Positions 10,048 through 21,389 of a stretch of DNA of 64,000 nucleotides are shown piece by piece (positions within the stretch are counted from its first letter, which is position 1; every line of letters starts with the position of its first letter). Both the position numbers and the translations under genes were made by a program. Under the pieces are notes generated by a model. It was not told where the DNA came from, did not search any database, and saw only the letters and a list, made by a program, of their open reading frames with translations. Origin of the DNA: an uncultured Planctomycetaceae bacterium. GTDB lineage: Bacteria > Planctomycetota > Planctomycetia > Isosphaerales > Isosphaeraceae. The stretch is taken from positions 672,001 to 736,000 of the forward strand of contig CAWIAD010000001.1 of the NCBI GenBank assembly GCA_963833985.1, written 5' to 3'.

Positions 10048-13000
10048 CGGTGAGGCCGCGGAAAGTGATTCCATCGCCGATTCGCTCTCGATGTACGAGT
10101 AGCTTCAATGGGGCCGCGGCGGTGAGGCCGCGGAAAGCGATACACCGAGCCCCAGAGGGTGATTCTCCAGTGGAGCTTCAATGGGGCCGCGGCGGTGAGG
10201 CCGCGGAAAGCGCCGACAAGCAGCCGGTTCGACAGCGACGTCTACGGCTTCAATGGGGCCGCGGCGGTGAGGCCGCGGAAAGATTCTTGGCCCATCCTGA
10301 GCTGGTCAGCACGGTCGGCTTCAATGGGGCCGCGGCGGTGAGGCCGCGGAAAGATTCTTGGCCCATCCTGAGCTGGTCAGCACGGTCGGCTTCAATGGGG
10401 CCGCGGCGGTGAGGCCGCGGAAAGCAGGTGCCCTGGGCAACGCTCTGCACGAGCACGTTGTAGCTTCAATGGGGCCGCGGCGGTGAGGCCGCGGAAAGAC
10501 ATCCTCGGCCACGCGCTGAAGATCCTGATCAGCAGGCTTCAATGGGGCCGCGGCGGTGAGGCCGCGGAAAGTGAGCCGTGACGACGTGGTTGCCGACCTG
10601 GTCCGCACGGCTTCAATGGGGCCGCGGCGGTGAGGCCGCGGAAAGAGCGGTCATGATCCGGCTCGGCTACGACGACACAGCGCTTCAATGGGGCCGCGGC
10701 GGTGAGGCCGCGGAAAGTCCTGCGCGACCTGGCGGCCATCACGCACGGCACGCCGCTTCAATGGGGCCGCGGCGGTGAGGCCGCGGAAAGAGTCGGGTGT
10801 GGGCCGCTTCTTCAAGCGAGACCACGCGCTTCAATGGGGCCGCGGCGGTGAGGCCGCGGAAAGTATGTTGCCGTCAAAGCCCTACCTCCTTCCGCTTCAC
10901 GCTTCAATGGGGCCGCGGCGGTGAGGCCGCGGAAAGCCGTGCTGGATCGCCGTGGCGATCGCCTCCATTCCCTGCTTCAATGGGGCCGCGGCGGTGAGGC
11001 CGCGGAAAGCCGGGTATACCGCCGGCGGCAACACGCTCACGCTCGCCGCTTCAATGGGGCCGCGGCGGTGAGGCCGCGGAAAGCAGGGTGAAGCAGATCG
11101 GCGGTCCGGACGCTCCCTCGCTTCAATGGGGCCGCGGCGGTGAGGCCGCGGAAAGGGCATCAGAAAATCTCCTTCGCGTGCATACGTCGATTGCTTCAAT
11201 GGGGCCGCGGCGGTGAGGCCGCGGAAAGCGATGACCTTGGCGACGTCATCCCGGCAGTAGCCCGGCTTCAATGGGGCCGCGGCGGTGAGGCCGCGGAAAG
11301 ACGACCGGCGCGGAGCACTCGGGGCAGGGAGTGAAAGCTTCAATGGGGCCGCGGCGGTGAGGCCGCGGAAAGGGCATCTTGCGCATATCCACGTCCCGGC
11401 ATCAGTGATGCTTCAATGGGGCCGCGGCGGTGAGGCCGCGGAAAGCCAGCTTACGCCGGCGTAACAGGGGCCGGCCGCGACGCTTCAATGGGGCCGCGGC
11501 GGTGAGGCCGCGGAAAGCGGATTGGCCCACGTGGCACCAATGCACTCGTAAGAGCTTCAATGGGGCCGCGGCGGTGAGGCCGCGGAAAGCTGACCCCTTC
11601 GCCGCGCCATACCCGGGCGGACCTGGCTTCAATGGGGCCGCGGCGGTGAGGCCGCGGAAAGCCGGCTTGTCGCCTGTGCCGTAGTTCATCTCGATCCGCT
11701 TCAATGGGGCCGCGGCGGTGAGGCCGCGGAAAGAGTGGCCTGCACCGAACGCTGCCCGAGCACAGGCTGCTTCAATGGGGCCGCGGCGGTGAGGCCGCGG
11801 AAAGGGGCGGATGGCTGCGAAACCAGCGGCGGAGGAAATCGCTTCAATGGGGCCGCGGCGGTGAGGCCGCGGAAAGACGCTGTCACGAGACATGCGTGGC
11901 TCCGCGTGACTGGCTTCAATGGGGCCGCGGCGGTGAGGCCGCGGAAAGCTCTTGCTGTACGGTGGAATCAACGGGCTCCCTTAAAGGCTTCAATGGGGCC
12001 GCGGCGGTGAGGCCGCGGAAAGACAGCAAGGCCGCCCTGCGCGATCTACTGGGATTAGCTTCAATGGGGCCGCGGCGGTGAGGCCGCGGAAAGTTCAGAA
12101 CAAGGAGCGGACGGGGGAAACCAACCACAGAGCTTCAATGGGGCCGCGGCGGTGAGGCCGCGGAAAGAAGGGTTGCAGGGCAGCTCGGATCAGAACACCA
12201 CGGCTTCAATGGGGCCGCGGCGGTGAGGCCGCGGAAAGAACCAGGCCAAGGTGATGGCACGCGCGAGCCTGATCACGCTTCAATGGGGCCGCGGCGGTGA
12301 GGCCGCGGAAAGCCAGGGCGGTCGCGGCCTGTTCGGTCGCTGTCAGTAGCTTCAATGGGGCCGCGGCGGTGAGGCCGCGGAAAGGGGCCCCGACGAACAG
12401 GCCGAACAACGAGGCAGGGAGCTTCAATGGGGCCGCGGCGGTGAGGCCGCGGAAAGCCGCGGATCTGGTACTGCGTGTAGCCCGTGTTGTTGCTTCAATG
12501 GGGCCGCGGCGGTGAGGCCGCGGAAAGCCGCGTCGGGCCGGAAACCCAGTATTTCCCCAGTGAGCTTCAATGGGGCCGCGGCGGTGAGGCCGCGGAAAGA
12601 CACCCGGCGCATGTGCCCCCCGGCCCACTACTGGCCGGGCTTCAATGGGGCCGCGGCGGTGAGGCCGCGGAAAGAAAAACTGGTTGACCTGGCCCGCGCC
12701 GCTGCCGTTGGCGCTTCAATGGGGCCGCGGCGGTGAGGCCGCGGAAAGAAAAACTGGTTGACCTGGCCCGCGCCGCTGCCGTTGGCGCTTCAATGGGGCC
12801 GCGGCGGTGAGGCCGCGGAAAGCATGAATGCGGGATTGAAGGATGTGCCGATGGCCAAGGCTTCAATGGGGCCGCGGCGGTGAGGCCGCGGAAAGTTGGA
12901 CGGCAGGCCACGCAATTCGTGAGGCTGGTCAGGATGCTTCAATGGGGCCGCGGCGGTGAGGCCGCGGAAAGACATCGTCCTGGACTGGATGTTTCCCGGA

Positions 13001-16000
13001 TCCGCAAAGCTTCAATGGGGCCGCGGCGGTGAGGCCGCGGAAAGAGATGCCGTCCATCGAGAGTGATCAGGCGGCGTGGGCTTCAATGGGGCCGCGGCGG
13101 TGAGGCCGCGGAAAGTTGACGCCCGGCGCTCCTCGCATGGCGCGCCACAGTGCTTCAATGGGGCCGCGGCGGTGAGGCCGCGGAAAGTCGAAGATGTCCT
13201 CCACCTCGCCCGTCCAGGACAAAGCTTCAATGGGGCCGCGGCGGTGAGGCCGCGGAAAGTCGTCTCGCCGGCGACGGCCGCGGCCGGATGCGCTTGCTTC
13301 AATGGGGCCGCGGCGGTGAGGCCGCGGAAAGTACTCAACTCACGTTGTCGCCGCAGATGCGGGCAAAGCTTCAATGGGGCCGCGGCGGTGAGGCCGCGGA
13401 AAGTGAGGCGGTTCTCGAACGCGGCCCGATGGTCGATAGGCTTCAATGAGGCCGCGGCGGTGAGGCCGCGGAAAGTCTCCATCAGGTTCACGGCCGTCGC
13501 CATGGTGTTGGCTTCAATGGGGCCGCGGCGGTGAGGCCGCGGAAAGTACGCGACCAAGGCTGAGGCCGAGGCGAAGGCCAACGCTTCAATGGGGCCGCGG
13601 CGGTGAGGCCGCGGAAAGCATGGCATGTGCGATCATGGCGACGGGCGGCGAGGCGCTTCAATGGGGCCGCGGCGGTGAGGCCGCGGAAAGAAGAGGTCGG
13701 GGGTCAATCTGGGCTCGTGTCCTGTGGCTTCAATGGGGCCGCGGCGGTGAGGCCGCGGAAAGTGAGTTACCCCGCCCATGCAAGTACCGTGTGGCCGCGC
13801 TTCAATGGGGCCGCGGCGGTGAGGCCGCGGAAAGGCCTTGTGCCTGGCACGAGTTTCCCGTTTTGGGTTGGCTTCAATGGGGCCGCGGCGGTGAGGCCGC
13901 GGAAAGCGAGCGTGTCAGCACAAGCACGGCGATTCCTTTCGGGGCTTCAATGGGGCCGCGGCGGTGAGGCCGCGGAAAGAGCGCGTCTATCTCGGGAACC
14001 CACTCAAAGCGGAAGGGCTTCAATGGGGCCGCGGCGGTGAGGCCGCGGAAAGCCGCCCCGGGTCGACTTGCCCTTGCGCGCACGCTCGCTTCAATGGGGC
14101 CGCGGCGGTGAGGCCGCGGAAAGTCGAGCATGGCCACATACTCATCGGAGAAGCACTTGGCTTCAATGGGGCCGCGGCGGTGAGGCCGCGGAAAGGACCA
14201 CCAGCACCCAGGCTCTGAGCAAGGGCCTGAAGCTTCAATGGGGCCGCGGCGGTGAGGCCGCGGAAAGGGAGTGGCTCAAGGAAGACGAGGTAGCGAGGCT
14301 GTGGCTTCAATGGGGCCGCGGCGGTGAGGCCGCGGAAAGGTTTGCCCACATCGTGGCCGAGGCCGGGGTCGCGGCGCTTCAATGGGGCCGCGGCGGTGAG
14401 GCCGCGGAAAGCCGCGGCGTCCTGCTCGGCGACCGCGTTGGACGCGGCTTCAATGGGGCCGCGGCGGTGAGGCCGCGGAAAGGATCTCTTCTCCCCTGCC
14501 GATGAGGGATTGCCCCCATCTGCTTCAATGGGGCCGCGGCGGTGAGGCCGCGGAAAGCTGAGCCTTGCTCAGAACTCGTCGCTCTACAAGATCGTGCTTC
14601 AATGGGGCCGCGGCGGTGAGGCCGCGGAAAGCCCGGTGTCCTCGCTGTATTCGTCGGTCGACAGCGTGCTTCAATGGGGCCGCGGCGGTGAGGCCGCGGA
14701 AAGACATCTCTTGCGCCATGCGCATGCGCCGGACCAGCCCGACGCTTCAATGGGGCCGCGGCGGTGAGGCCGCGGAAAGTCACTTCGCGCCGCCTTTCCG
14801 CTTGCTCAACTCATGCTTCAATGGGGCCGCGGCGGTGAGGCCGCGGAAAGGACCAGGTGCTGGCTCACGTAGGTGGGGATGATCCAGCTTCAATGGGGCC
14901 GCGGCGGTGAGGCCGCGGAAAGGCGACAACCCCTGGAGAGATGACCATGCCCGCCAAGCTTCAATGGGGCCGCGGCGGTGAGGCCGCGGAAAGACACGGA
15001 CCCTTGCGAGCCGAGCGGCGAGTGCGACGCTTCAATGGGGCCGCGGCGGTGAGGCCGCGGAAAGAAAAGCATCTGCCGCCCGGCGCCGGACCGCCAGGCA
15101 GCTTCAATGGGGCCGCGGCGGTGAGGCCGCGGAAAGTGCGCACCGCTCGATCATGCCAGAGTCCACTGGCTGCTTCAATGGGGCCGCGGCGGTGAGGCCG
15201 CGGAAAGACGCTGTGGCCCGCGGCGGCGCGCCATGACCGATCAGCTTCAATGGGGCCGCGGCGGTGAGGCCGCGGAAAGATGGGGGCTGCCGATCCACTG
15301 GCGGTCGGCGACCTGGTGCTTCAATGGGGCCGCGGCGGTGAGGCCGCGGAAAGTCACGCGGTCGATGACGCGGATGCGCAGGGGCAACCGAGCTTCAATG
15401 GGGCCGCGGCGGTGAGGCCGCGGAAAGCCGGCAGATCCAAGCTCAGGCTCTCGCCAAGCTACGGGGCTTCAATGGGGCCGCGGCGGTGAGGCCGCGGAAA
15501 GAAAGAGCGACGCGCCCGACTACGGCATCAGCCAGGTGGCTTCAATGGGGCCGCGGCGGTGAGGCCGCGGAAAGGCGCTGCTCCAGCCCCTGGTCGTCGC
15601 CGCCGCCGAGGTGCTTCAATGGGGCCGCGGCGGTGAGGCCGCGGAAAGGCAGAGTGGTCCATCGGCATGGTGGCCGAGGCGGTGCTTCAATGGGGCCGCG
15701 GCGGTGAGGCCGCGGAAAGCGCCGCTCATGCTCGTCGAGTGACTGCGATGTTGATTGCTTCAATGGGGCCGCGGCGGTGAGGCCGCGGAAAGATGCCCGA
15801 CGGTTTCCCACTGGCGTGGCTCAAGCCAGCTTCAATGGGGCCGCGGCGGTGAGGCCGCGGAAAGCGCAAGACCGACCGCATCAAGGCCGAGGGCCTGGTA
15901 GCTTCAATGGGGCCGCGGCGGTGAGGCCGCGGAAAGTGGTTCAAGTTTCGCGGCCAGGTCGACCTGACCGAAGCGCTTCAATGGGGCCGCGGCGGTGAGG

Positions 16001-17391
16001 CCGCGGAAAGCTCGCGCGCGTCTACCTCGTCGGCAAGTGAAGCATGGCTTCAATGGGGCCGCGGCGGTGAGGCCGCGGAAAGGACCGCGCGGCCGCCGAG
16101 AACCGCGATGTTTCGGACGTGCTTCAATGGGGCCGCGGCGGTGAGGCCGCGGAAAGACACGCGATCCATCGCCAGGTAATCATCGAGAAGCAGCTTCAAT
16201 GGGGCCGCGGCGGTGAGGCCGCGGAAAGCGGCGGCACAATCGCGACCCGCGCGGCGACGATTGCGCTTCAATGGGGCCGCGGCGGTGAGGCCGCGGAAAG
16301 AGCACCCGAATCAGAGATGATGCGCCAACACTCTTTGCTTCAATGGGGCCGCGGCGGTGAGGCCGCGGAAAGCCCCGCGACGGACCTGCTGCCCGACGTG
16401 CAGGGCCTCTGGCTTCAATGGGGCCGCGGCGGTGAGGCCGCGGAAAGTCATATCGCGCGATCGAGAGTCGGTTCCACGAAAAACGCTTCAATGGGGCCGC
16501 GGCGGTGAGGCCGCGGAAAGCCCCTGGCGCGACCCGGAGGCGTTCCGGGAGCGCCAGGCTTCAATGGGGCCGCGGCGGTGAGGCCGCGGAAAGTCCCCTC
16601 GAAGCAGCGCAGCTTCAGCCGCGTGCCAGCCGGCTTCAATGGGGCCGCGGCGGTGAGGCCGCGGAAAGACATCGCGTCCAGGACGCTCCAGATCCGGGAG
16701 CAACGCGCTTCAATGGGGCCGCGGCGGTGAGGCCGCGGAAAGGGGCCGGAGCAGTGCGTGTTGCCGCCGGGCCTGTAGCTTCAATGGGGCCGCGGCGGTG
16801 AGGCCGCGGAAAGCAACTTCCTGAGCGAGCTCAACGGGACGATCGATGTTGGCTTCAATGGGGCCGCGGCGGTGAGGCCGCGGAAAGTCATTCATCTCGG
16901 CGGATTAATTCCGCCCTCGTCTGCTTCAATGGGGCCGCGGCGGTGAGGCCGCGGAAAGCAAACGGTACGGCCAGCCGGCGGAAGGCGCCGCGCAGCTTCA
17001 ATGGGGCCGCGGCGGTGAGGCCGCGGAAAGCCGCCGTGTTCCTCGACCCGCCCTACGCCGATACGGCGCTTCAATGGGGCCGCGGCGGTGAGGCCGCGGA
17101 AAGGCTTTTGCTCTCGCGAAACGCGCTCATCAACGGCGTGCTTCAATGGGGCCGCGGCGGTGAGGCCGCGGAAAGCGCGCCGCGGATCGTGATCACCTCA
17201 TCCCAGTAGCCGCTTCAATGGGGCCGCGGCGGTGAGGCCGCGGAAAGAATAGGTTCCCCCTGAGCCGTCGCAGGCGATCGACTCGCTTCAATGGGGCCGC
17301 GGCGGTGAGGCCGCGGAAAGCGGCCGGCACCCTCGCCGAGCTGGTGGAAGAGGCGGCTTCAATGGGGCCGCGGCGGTGAGGCCGCGGAAAG
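10048..17391 (-). CRISPR. Type I-G (I-U) CRISPR array: 101 full 36-nt repeats plus one truncated trailer repeat; 101 spacers of 35-40 nt
   Basis: Repeat as transcribed CTTTCCGCGGCCTCACCGCCGCGGCCCCATTGAAGC (CCGCGGC/GCCGCGG stem, ATTGAAGC handle). Full repeats run 10102 to 17391 (manual count); half repeat at 10048-10065; one variant repeat (13449). Leader on the cas1 side. Confidence 0.99.
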
Positions 17392-17635
17392 AGCGGTCGC
17401 GTAAGTGCCGAATTGCCAAAGAGCTGCGAGCGGGTTTGCGAGCGGTGCCGGGTTTTCACGCCGCAAAAGTCGCCCAGGTCCACAAGCCGTCTCCCAAGTC
17501 ATGGTCAGGTAGCCACTTGCGTCTTGCGAGCGGTCCCCGGGGTTTTTCGCGCACCGCGCCGCTCGCGAACCGGGGCACGAAAAAGAAAAAGAGTCACCAG
17601 GTTCCCTGGCCATGGCGATCGCTGCCCCAACGGTC
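17392..17635 (-). promoter_or_regulatory. CRISPR leader
   Basis: Non-coding gap between the cas4-cas1 stop and the first repeat; repeated TGCGAGCGG motifs; opposite end from the degenerate trailer repeat. Confidence 0.8.
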
Positions 17636-19456
17636 CTAGCGCGTCACGAACACCGGGTACGAGGCGATCTCGCCGGTGAACAGCCGGGCCAGCAGCCGCG
17701 TCTGGATCTCCAGCATTCGCCGGTAATTGAGACGATAGCCGAACAGCGGGTGCGTCACAAGTGTGTCCATCCGCTGCTCGTACGCGCGGAAGAAGGCCTT
17801 CCTGCCGTCGGGCCGCAGCGCAACGGATTCCCCCGGCGCAGGAAGTCTCGCGGCGTGACCATCCGGGTATTGATCGCCGAGAGCACGGCCGAGTCCGCGA
17901 TCAGCGGCCGGAACGGCTCCATCAAGTCCAGCGCCAGGGCGCACGCCCGAACCGCGGCTGGTGATACACGCCCAGGAAGGGGTCGAACCCGACCGCGTGA
18001 CAGACGATGGTCAGGTCCTTGGCCAGCACGCTGTAGGCCAGCGACAGCATGGCGTTGACCGGGTCTTTCGGCGGCCGCCGGTTGCGATGGGTGAAGTCGA
18101 ACGAGAAGCCCCCGCCCGCTGCCGCGCCGGCACCGGCGCCCGCCCCGGCACCGGCGTTACTGCTGGCGTTCTCCGGTTCGTCGCCGGGCTCGCCGGTCTT
18201 GATCATGCCGGGGAAGAGCTCGAAGTAGATCCGCGCGGCGTTGCCTTCCAGGCCCAGGAGCTGCTGCGTCGACGCCGCGTTCTCGGCGTCATCGCACAGG
18301 GTCTTGAGCTGGGCGATCTTGCCGGCCGGGGGCTCGACGTGGTTGCGCTGGAGCATGGTCCGCTGGTTGCGGATCTTGCCGGCCACCAGCGTGCGCGAGA
18401 GCCGGAGCCGGAACTCGGGGTCTTCCGCCAGGCGGAACTGCTCGCGCCGCAGCGCGATGTTGCGCACGCCCAGCCCGTGTGTGGTCCCGTAGAACCAGCC
18501 GCCCTGGGAAAAGTAGCAGACGGGGACCTCGTTTTCACACAACGCCTGGAGCGCCTGGGTGGTGAGCTGGATGTTGCCGAACAGGCTCACCTGGCAGGTC
18601 TCACCGATGCGCACCTCCTGCACGACGGTGTCTTTTTCTTTCACCTTCAGCACGTTGCCCGACTTGCCGACGTGCAGACCCTGTGTGTTCAGATACAGCG
18701 GCCGCAGGTCGTCCCGCGCGGCGACCATCCGGCGCGGCTCAGCATCAACATCGCCGGCGGCAGCGGGGGCAGGACCATCGCCGGTTGCCGGCGGTGCGTT
18801 CGGCTCCCCGGCGGAGGCGGCCTCCTGGAGATAAAGCGTCTCGTCGGGCAGGCAGATGCCGACGAGCGAGCAGCGCGGGCACTTGGGGCTATCGGCCAGC
18901 GGCGCGGGGATGCGGCCGGCCACGGCCGCGGCGCGGGCCTGGGCAAGCGCCTGGAGCGTTTGCTCGACGAGGTTCTCGTCGATCGGCACGCGGACCCTTT
19001 GCCTGGTCTTGACGTAATAGACGACGCCCTCCTCGCAGGCATAACCGTTGTCCCTGAGCACCAGGGCTTGAACGGCGATCTGAACGCGGTCAGGGTCCCA
19101 GGCGCGGAGCTCGCCGGTCTCACCGTCCTTGAACGGCGCCCGCGCTTGTAATCGACGGGGGTGGCCGTGGCGCCTTCGGCCTCGACGACGTCGATGGTGG
19201 CGATGAGCCGGTGGGTCTCGCTGGAGAGCGTGACCGAGCGGGAGTGGACGCGCTGGTCTTCCGGCAACTCCTCGGCGGGCGCCAGCTCGTCGGAGCGGGC
19301 ATCGAGTTTGGCGTGCCTCAGCGCGCCCTCGACGGTTTCTTGATTGTGGGCGAAGACGCTTTCGACCCATTCATAGTAGAAGAGGCGTGGGCAGTAGACA
19401 TATTCGTTGAGCATGCGCGCGGGGAGGTAGTCGGGGAGTTCTTCAAGGAGCGGCAT
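17636..19456 (-). CDS. cas1: Cas4-Cas1 fusion (about three apparent frameshifts near 19140, 17940, 17835)
   Basis: Cas4: [38 protein letters not shown]. Cas1: [57 protein letters not shown]. Confidence 0.93.
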
Positions 19457-19488
19457 GAGGGTCTCCAATGGGAGAAGCTGTTCCGGCG

Positions 19489-19779
19489 TCAGACAACGAC
19501 GCAGGGCGCGTTGATGGGCGAATAGGGCTGGCCGAGCGCGGTGATCACGCGTTCGCCGCGGCCCTCGGTTGGCCCGAGGTCGACGAAGAGGACCTGGTCC
19601 TGCTCGTGGTGGATGATCTCGCTGAGGACGAACCGGCAGGTGGCCAGGTCGATGGGCGTGAACTGGCACTCGAAGATCGAGTACTGCAAGTGGTCGCCGA
19701 AATCGCGCATGGCCTTGAAGACCTTGCGCAGCCGCTTGTCATCGCGGATGTCATAGCAGACGAGGAAGGTGTTGCGCAT
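19489..19779 (-). CDS. cas2: CRISPR-associated endonuclease Cas2
   Basis: FLVCYDIRDDKRLRKV...LQYSIFEC...DQVLFVDLGP. Confidence 0.95.
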   Translation of the reverse strand: MRNTFLVCYDIRDDKRLRKVFKAMRDFGDHLQYSIFECQFTPIDLATCRFVLSEIIHHEQDQVLFVDLGPTEGRGERVITALGQPYSPINAPCVVV

Positions 19780-19811
19780 TGCAGATACGCTCCATCCAGA
19801 GGCGCTTCCGG

Positions 19812-21374
19812 TTAGCCGTGATTGCTTGGGGTGAAGAGGCCCAGGCCGAAGTGGCACGAATGACCCAAGGCGATCGGCCCAGAAACCGGGGCTGGGAACC
19901 GGATGCGGAACACGCCGCGTTGGCGCTGGTTTCCGTCATCCCCGCGCTTACGCCGTGTAAGCTGGAACTCGATCGCACGCAGCCTAGAGTTGCTGACGTA
20001 TTCAAGGGGATCGATCTCCGCTGCGCCGAGTCCACGCCGGTCGAGTTCCTCAAGCAGAACCTGGGCGACAAACGCGCGCCGGCCTTCCGGGCCCTGAAAG
20101 AACTCCTTCGGGTCGCGCTTCCGCCCCCGGCGCTTGGGATGGCGCGTCACGACGAACGGAGTGGCGGATTCCCAGAGACTCGACTTCTCCAGTAGCGCCG
20201 CCCGAAAATCCTCGTGGACGCCGAGGCCAACGAGTTGCACTCGCAGCTTGAGCGACTCGTCAACGAGCCTGAGCGTGCGAAGAGAATTCAGAGCGGCTAC
20301 CTCATCAGTTCCGAAGCCGTCAGCGGCTGCGGCAGTGACGTGCGTGATTCGTCGCGGATCGACGCCCTCGGCAGTAGGCAGGTAGAACGCATGTCGATGG
20401 CCCTGGAGGAATTGCCCTTCCGCATCTTTCCCTGAGAGTACTTCGGATCGGAACAACTCTCGGTCTGGCTCATGCACGGGGCCGTAGCGCTGAAGATGTC
20501 GGTGTCGTTGATACCGGCTCATCAGACCGCACCGGAAGGCCTCGGCCACGCGGATCGAGTTGGTAACGAGCGGCAGGACGGGCCCGTCAAGCAGGAAACG
20601 AGCGAGCGTTGGCGTTTGCTGGTTGCGCGAGCGAGGTTTCGCCGCGACGGGTCCGGCTTCCACCGGCCGGCTGTAGTTCACCCATCGCGCACCGGGAACG
20701 CTGGACCACCTCTCTTCGTGGATCGTTTCGGTGTCCAGGCAGAGGTGCCAGCGAGGGCAGTCGAATAGATAGTGGGAAGGGCTAATCTTTCCCCTGGCCA
20801 GTTTCGTGCGGTCGAGCACCGGGTAGTGTTGGTCGTTGAACGCAGCCGCTGGATCAGGACACAACACGGGGACGGGACTCGGGTCAGACACCTCAGCGGG
20901 CCCAAGGTTCAATTCGACCGTGGCGTCGGTCAGTTCGGCGTGAGCCCAGCCCTCCGCTCGGCCCAAGTAGGAGAGGTTAGCGAGAAGTTTTGAGAGGACC
21001 TCGCGGTCGCCGTCACACAGTTCGGCATTTGGCCATCCCACGAACAGCGGTTCGCGGCGATCGACGGTGACGAACGTGTCGAACACAAGGGTTCGGTCGG
21101 CCGGTCCCTTTTTCTCCCATGGCATGTAGTGTCGGGTGTGAGCGACGCGGAATGGCGGCAGACGGAACAGCGGTGGGTGCGCCAGAGGTTCGAGAATTCG
21201 GCGGACCTGGGATTCGGAGTAGTCCGGACAGGTCCTTCTCCACACGGCGATCAGCGCCCGCAGCAGCCGCCAAGGGGACGGCGGCCACTCGGGCACGCCC
21301 TCGTTCACGTGCCGGCCCCACGGTGTCGCGTGATATCGGCCACTCGGAAATGCGAGCTTGATAATCACAGGCAT
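19812..21374 (-). CDS. csb2: Type I-G Csb2 (Cas5-Cas6 fusion)
   Basis: GRYHATPWGRHVNEG.PEWPPSPWRLLRAL, LSYLGRAE, C-terminal G-rich loop GPIALGHSCHFGLGLF. Confidence 0.93.
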   Translation of the reverse strand: MPVIIKLAFPSGRYHATPWGRHVNEGVPEWPPSPWRLLRALIAVWRRTCPDYSESQVRRILEPLAHPPLFRLPPFRVAHTRHYMPWEKKGPADRTLVFDTFVTVDRREPLFVGWPNAELCDGDREVLSKLLANLSYLGRAEGWAHAELTDATVELNLGPAEVSDPSPVPVLCPDPAAAFNDQHYPVLDRTKLARGKISPSHYLFDCPRWHLCLDTETIHEERWSSVPGARWVNYSRPVEAGPVAAKPRSRNQQTPTLARFLLDGPVLPLVTNSIRVAEAFRCGLMSRYQRHRHLQRYGPVHEPDRELFRSEVLSGKDAEGQFLQGHRHAFYLPTAEGVDPRRITHVTAAAADGFGTDEVAALNSLRTLRLVDESLKLRVQLVGLGVHEDFRAALLEKSSLWESATPFVVTRHPKRRGRKRDPKEFFQGPEGRRAFVAQVLLEELDRRGLGAAEIDPLEYVSNSRLRAIEFQLTRRKRGDDGNQRQRGVFRIRFPAPVSGPIALGHSCHFGLGLFTPSNHG

Positions 21375-21389
21375 GGGTTAATCCTCGCC

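Noticed and set aside
11010..14303. Spacers translating as GYTAGGNTLTLA (11010-11047, phage structural-like) and EWLKEDEVARL (14268-14303, integrase-like)
   Set aside because: Eleven or twelve residues without a diagnostic motif are too little to assign a target
10066..17355. Self-targeting by main-array spacers within the window
   Set aside because: No match noticed by eye; an exhaustive alignment was not possible, so this is unproven either way
10050..17483. Dozens of ORFs containing FNGAAAVRPRK, LQWGRGGEAAE or FRGLTAAAPLK
   Set aside because: Translations of the CRISPR repeat, not genes
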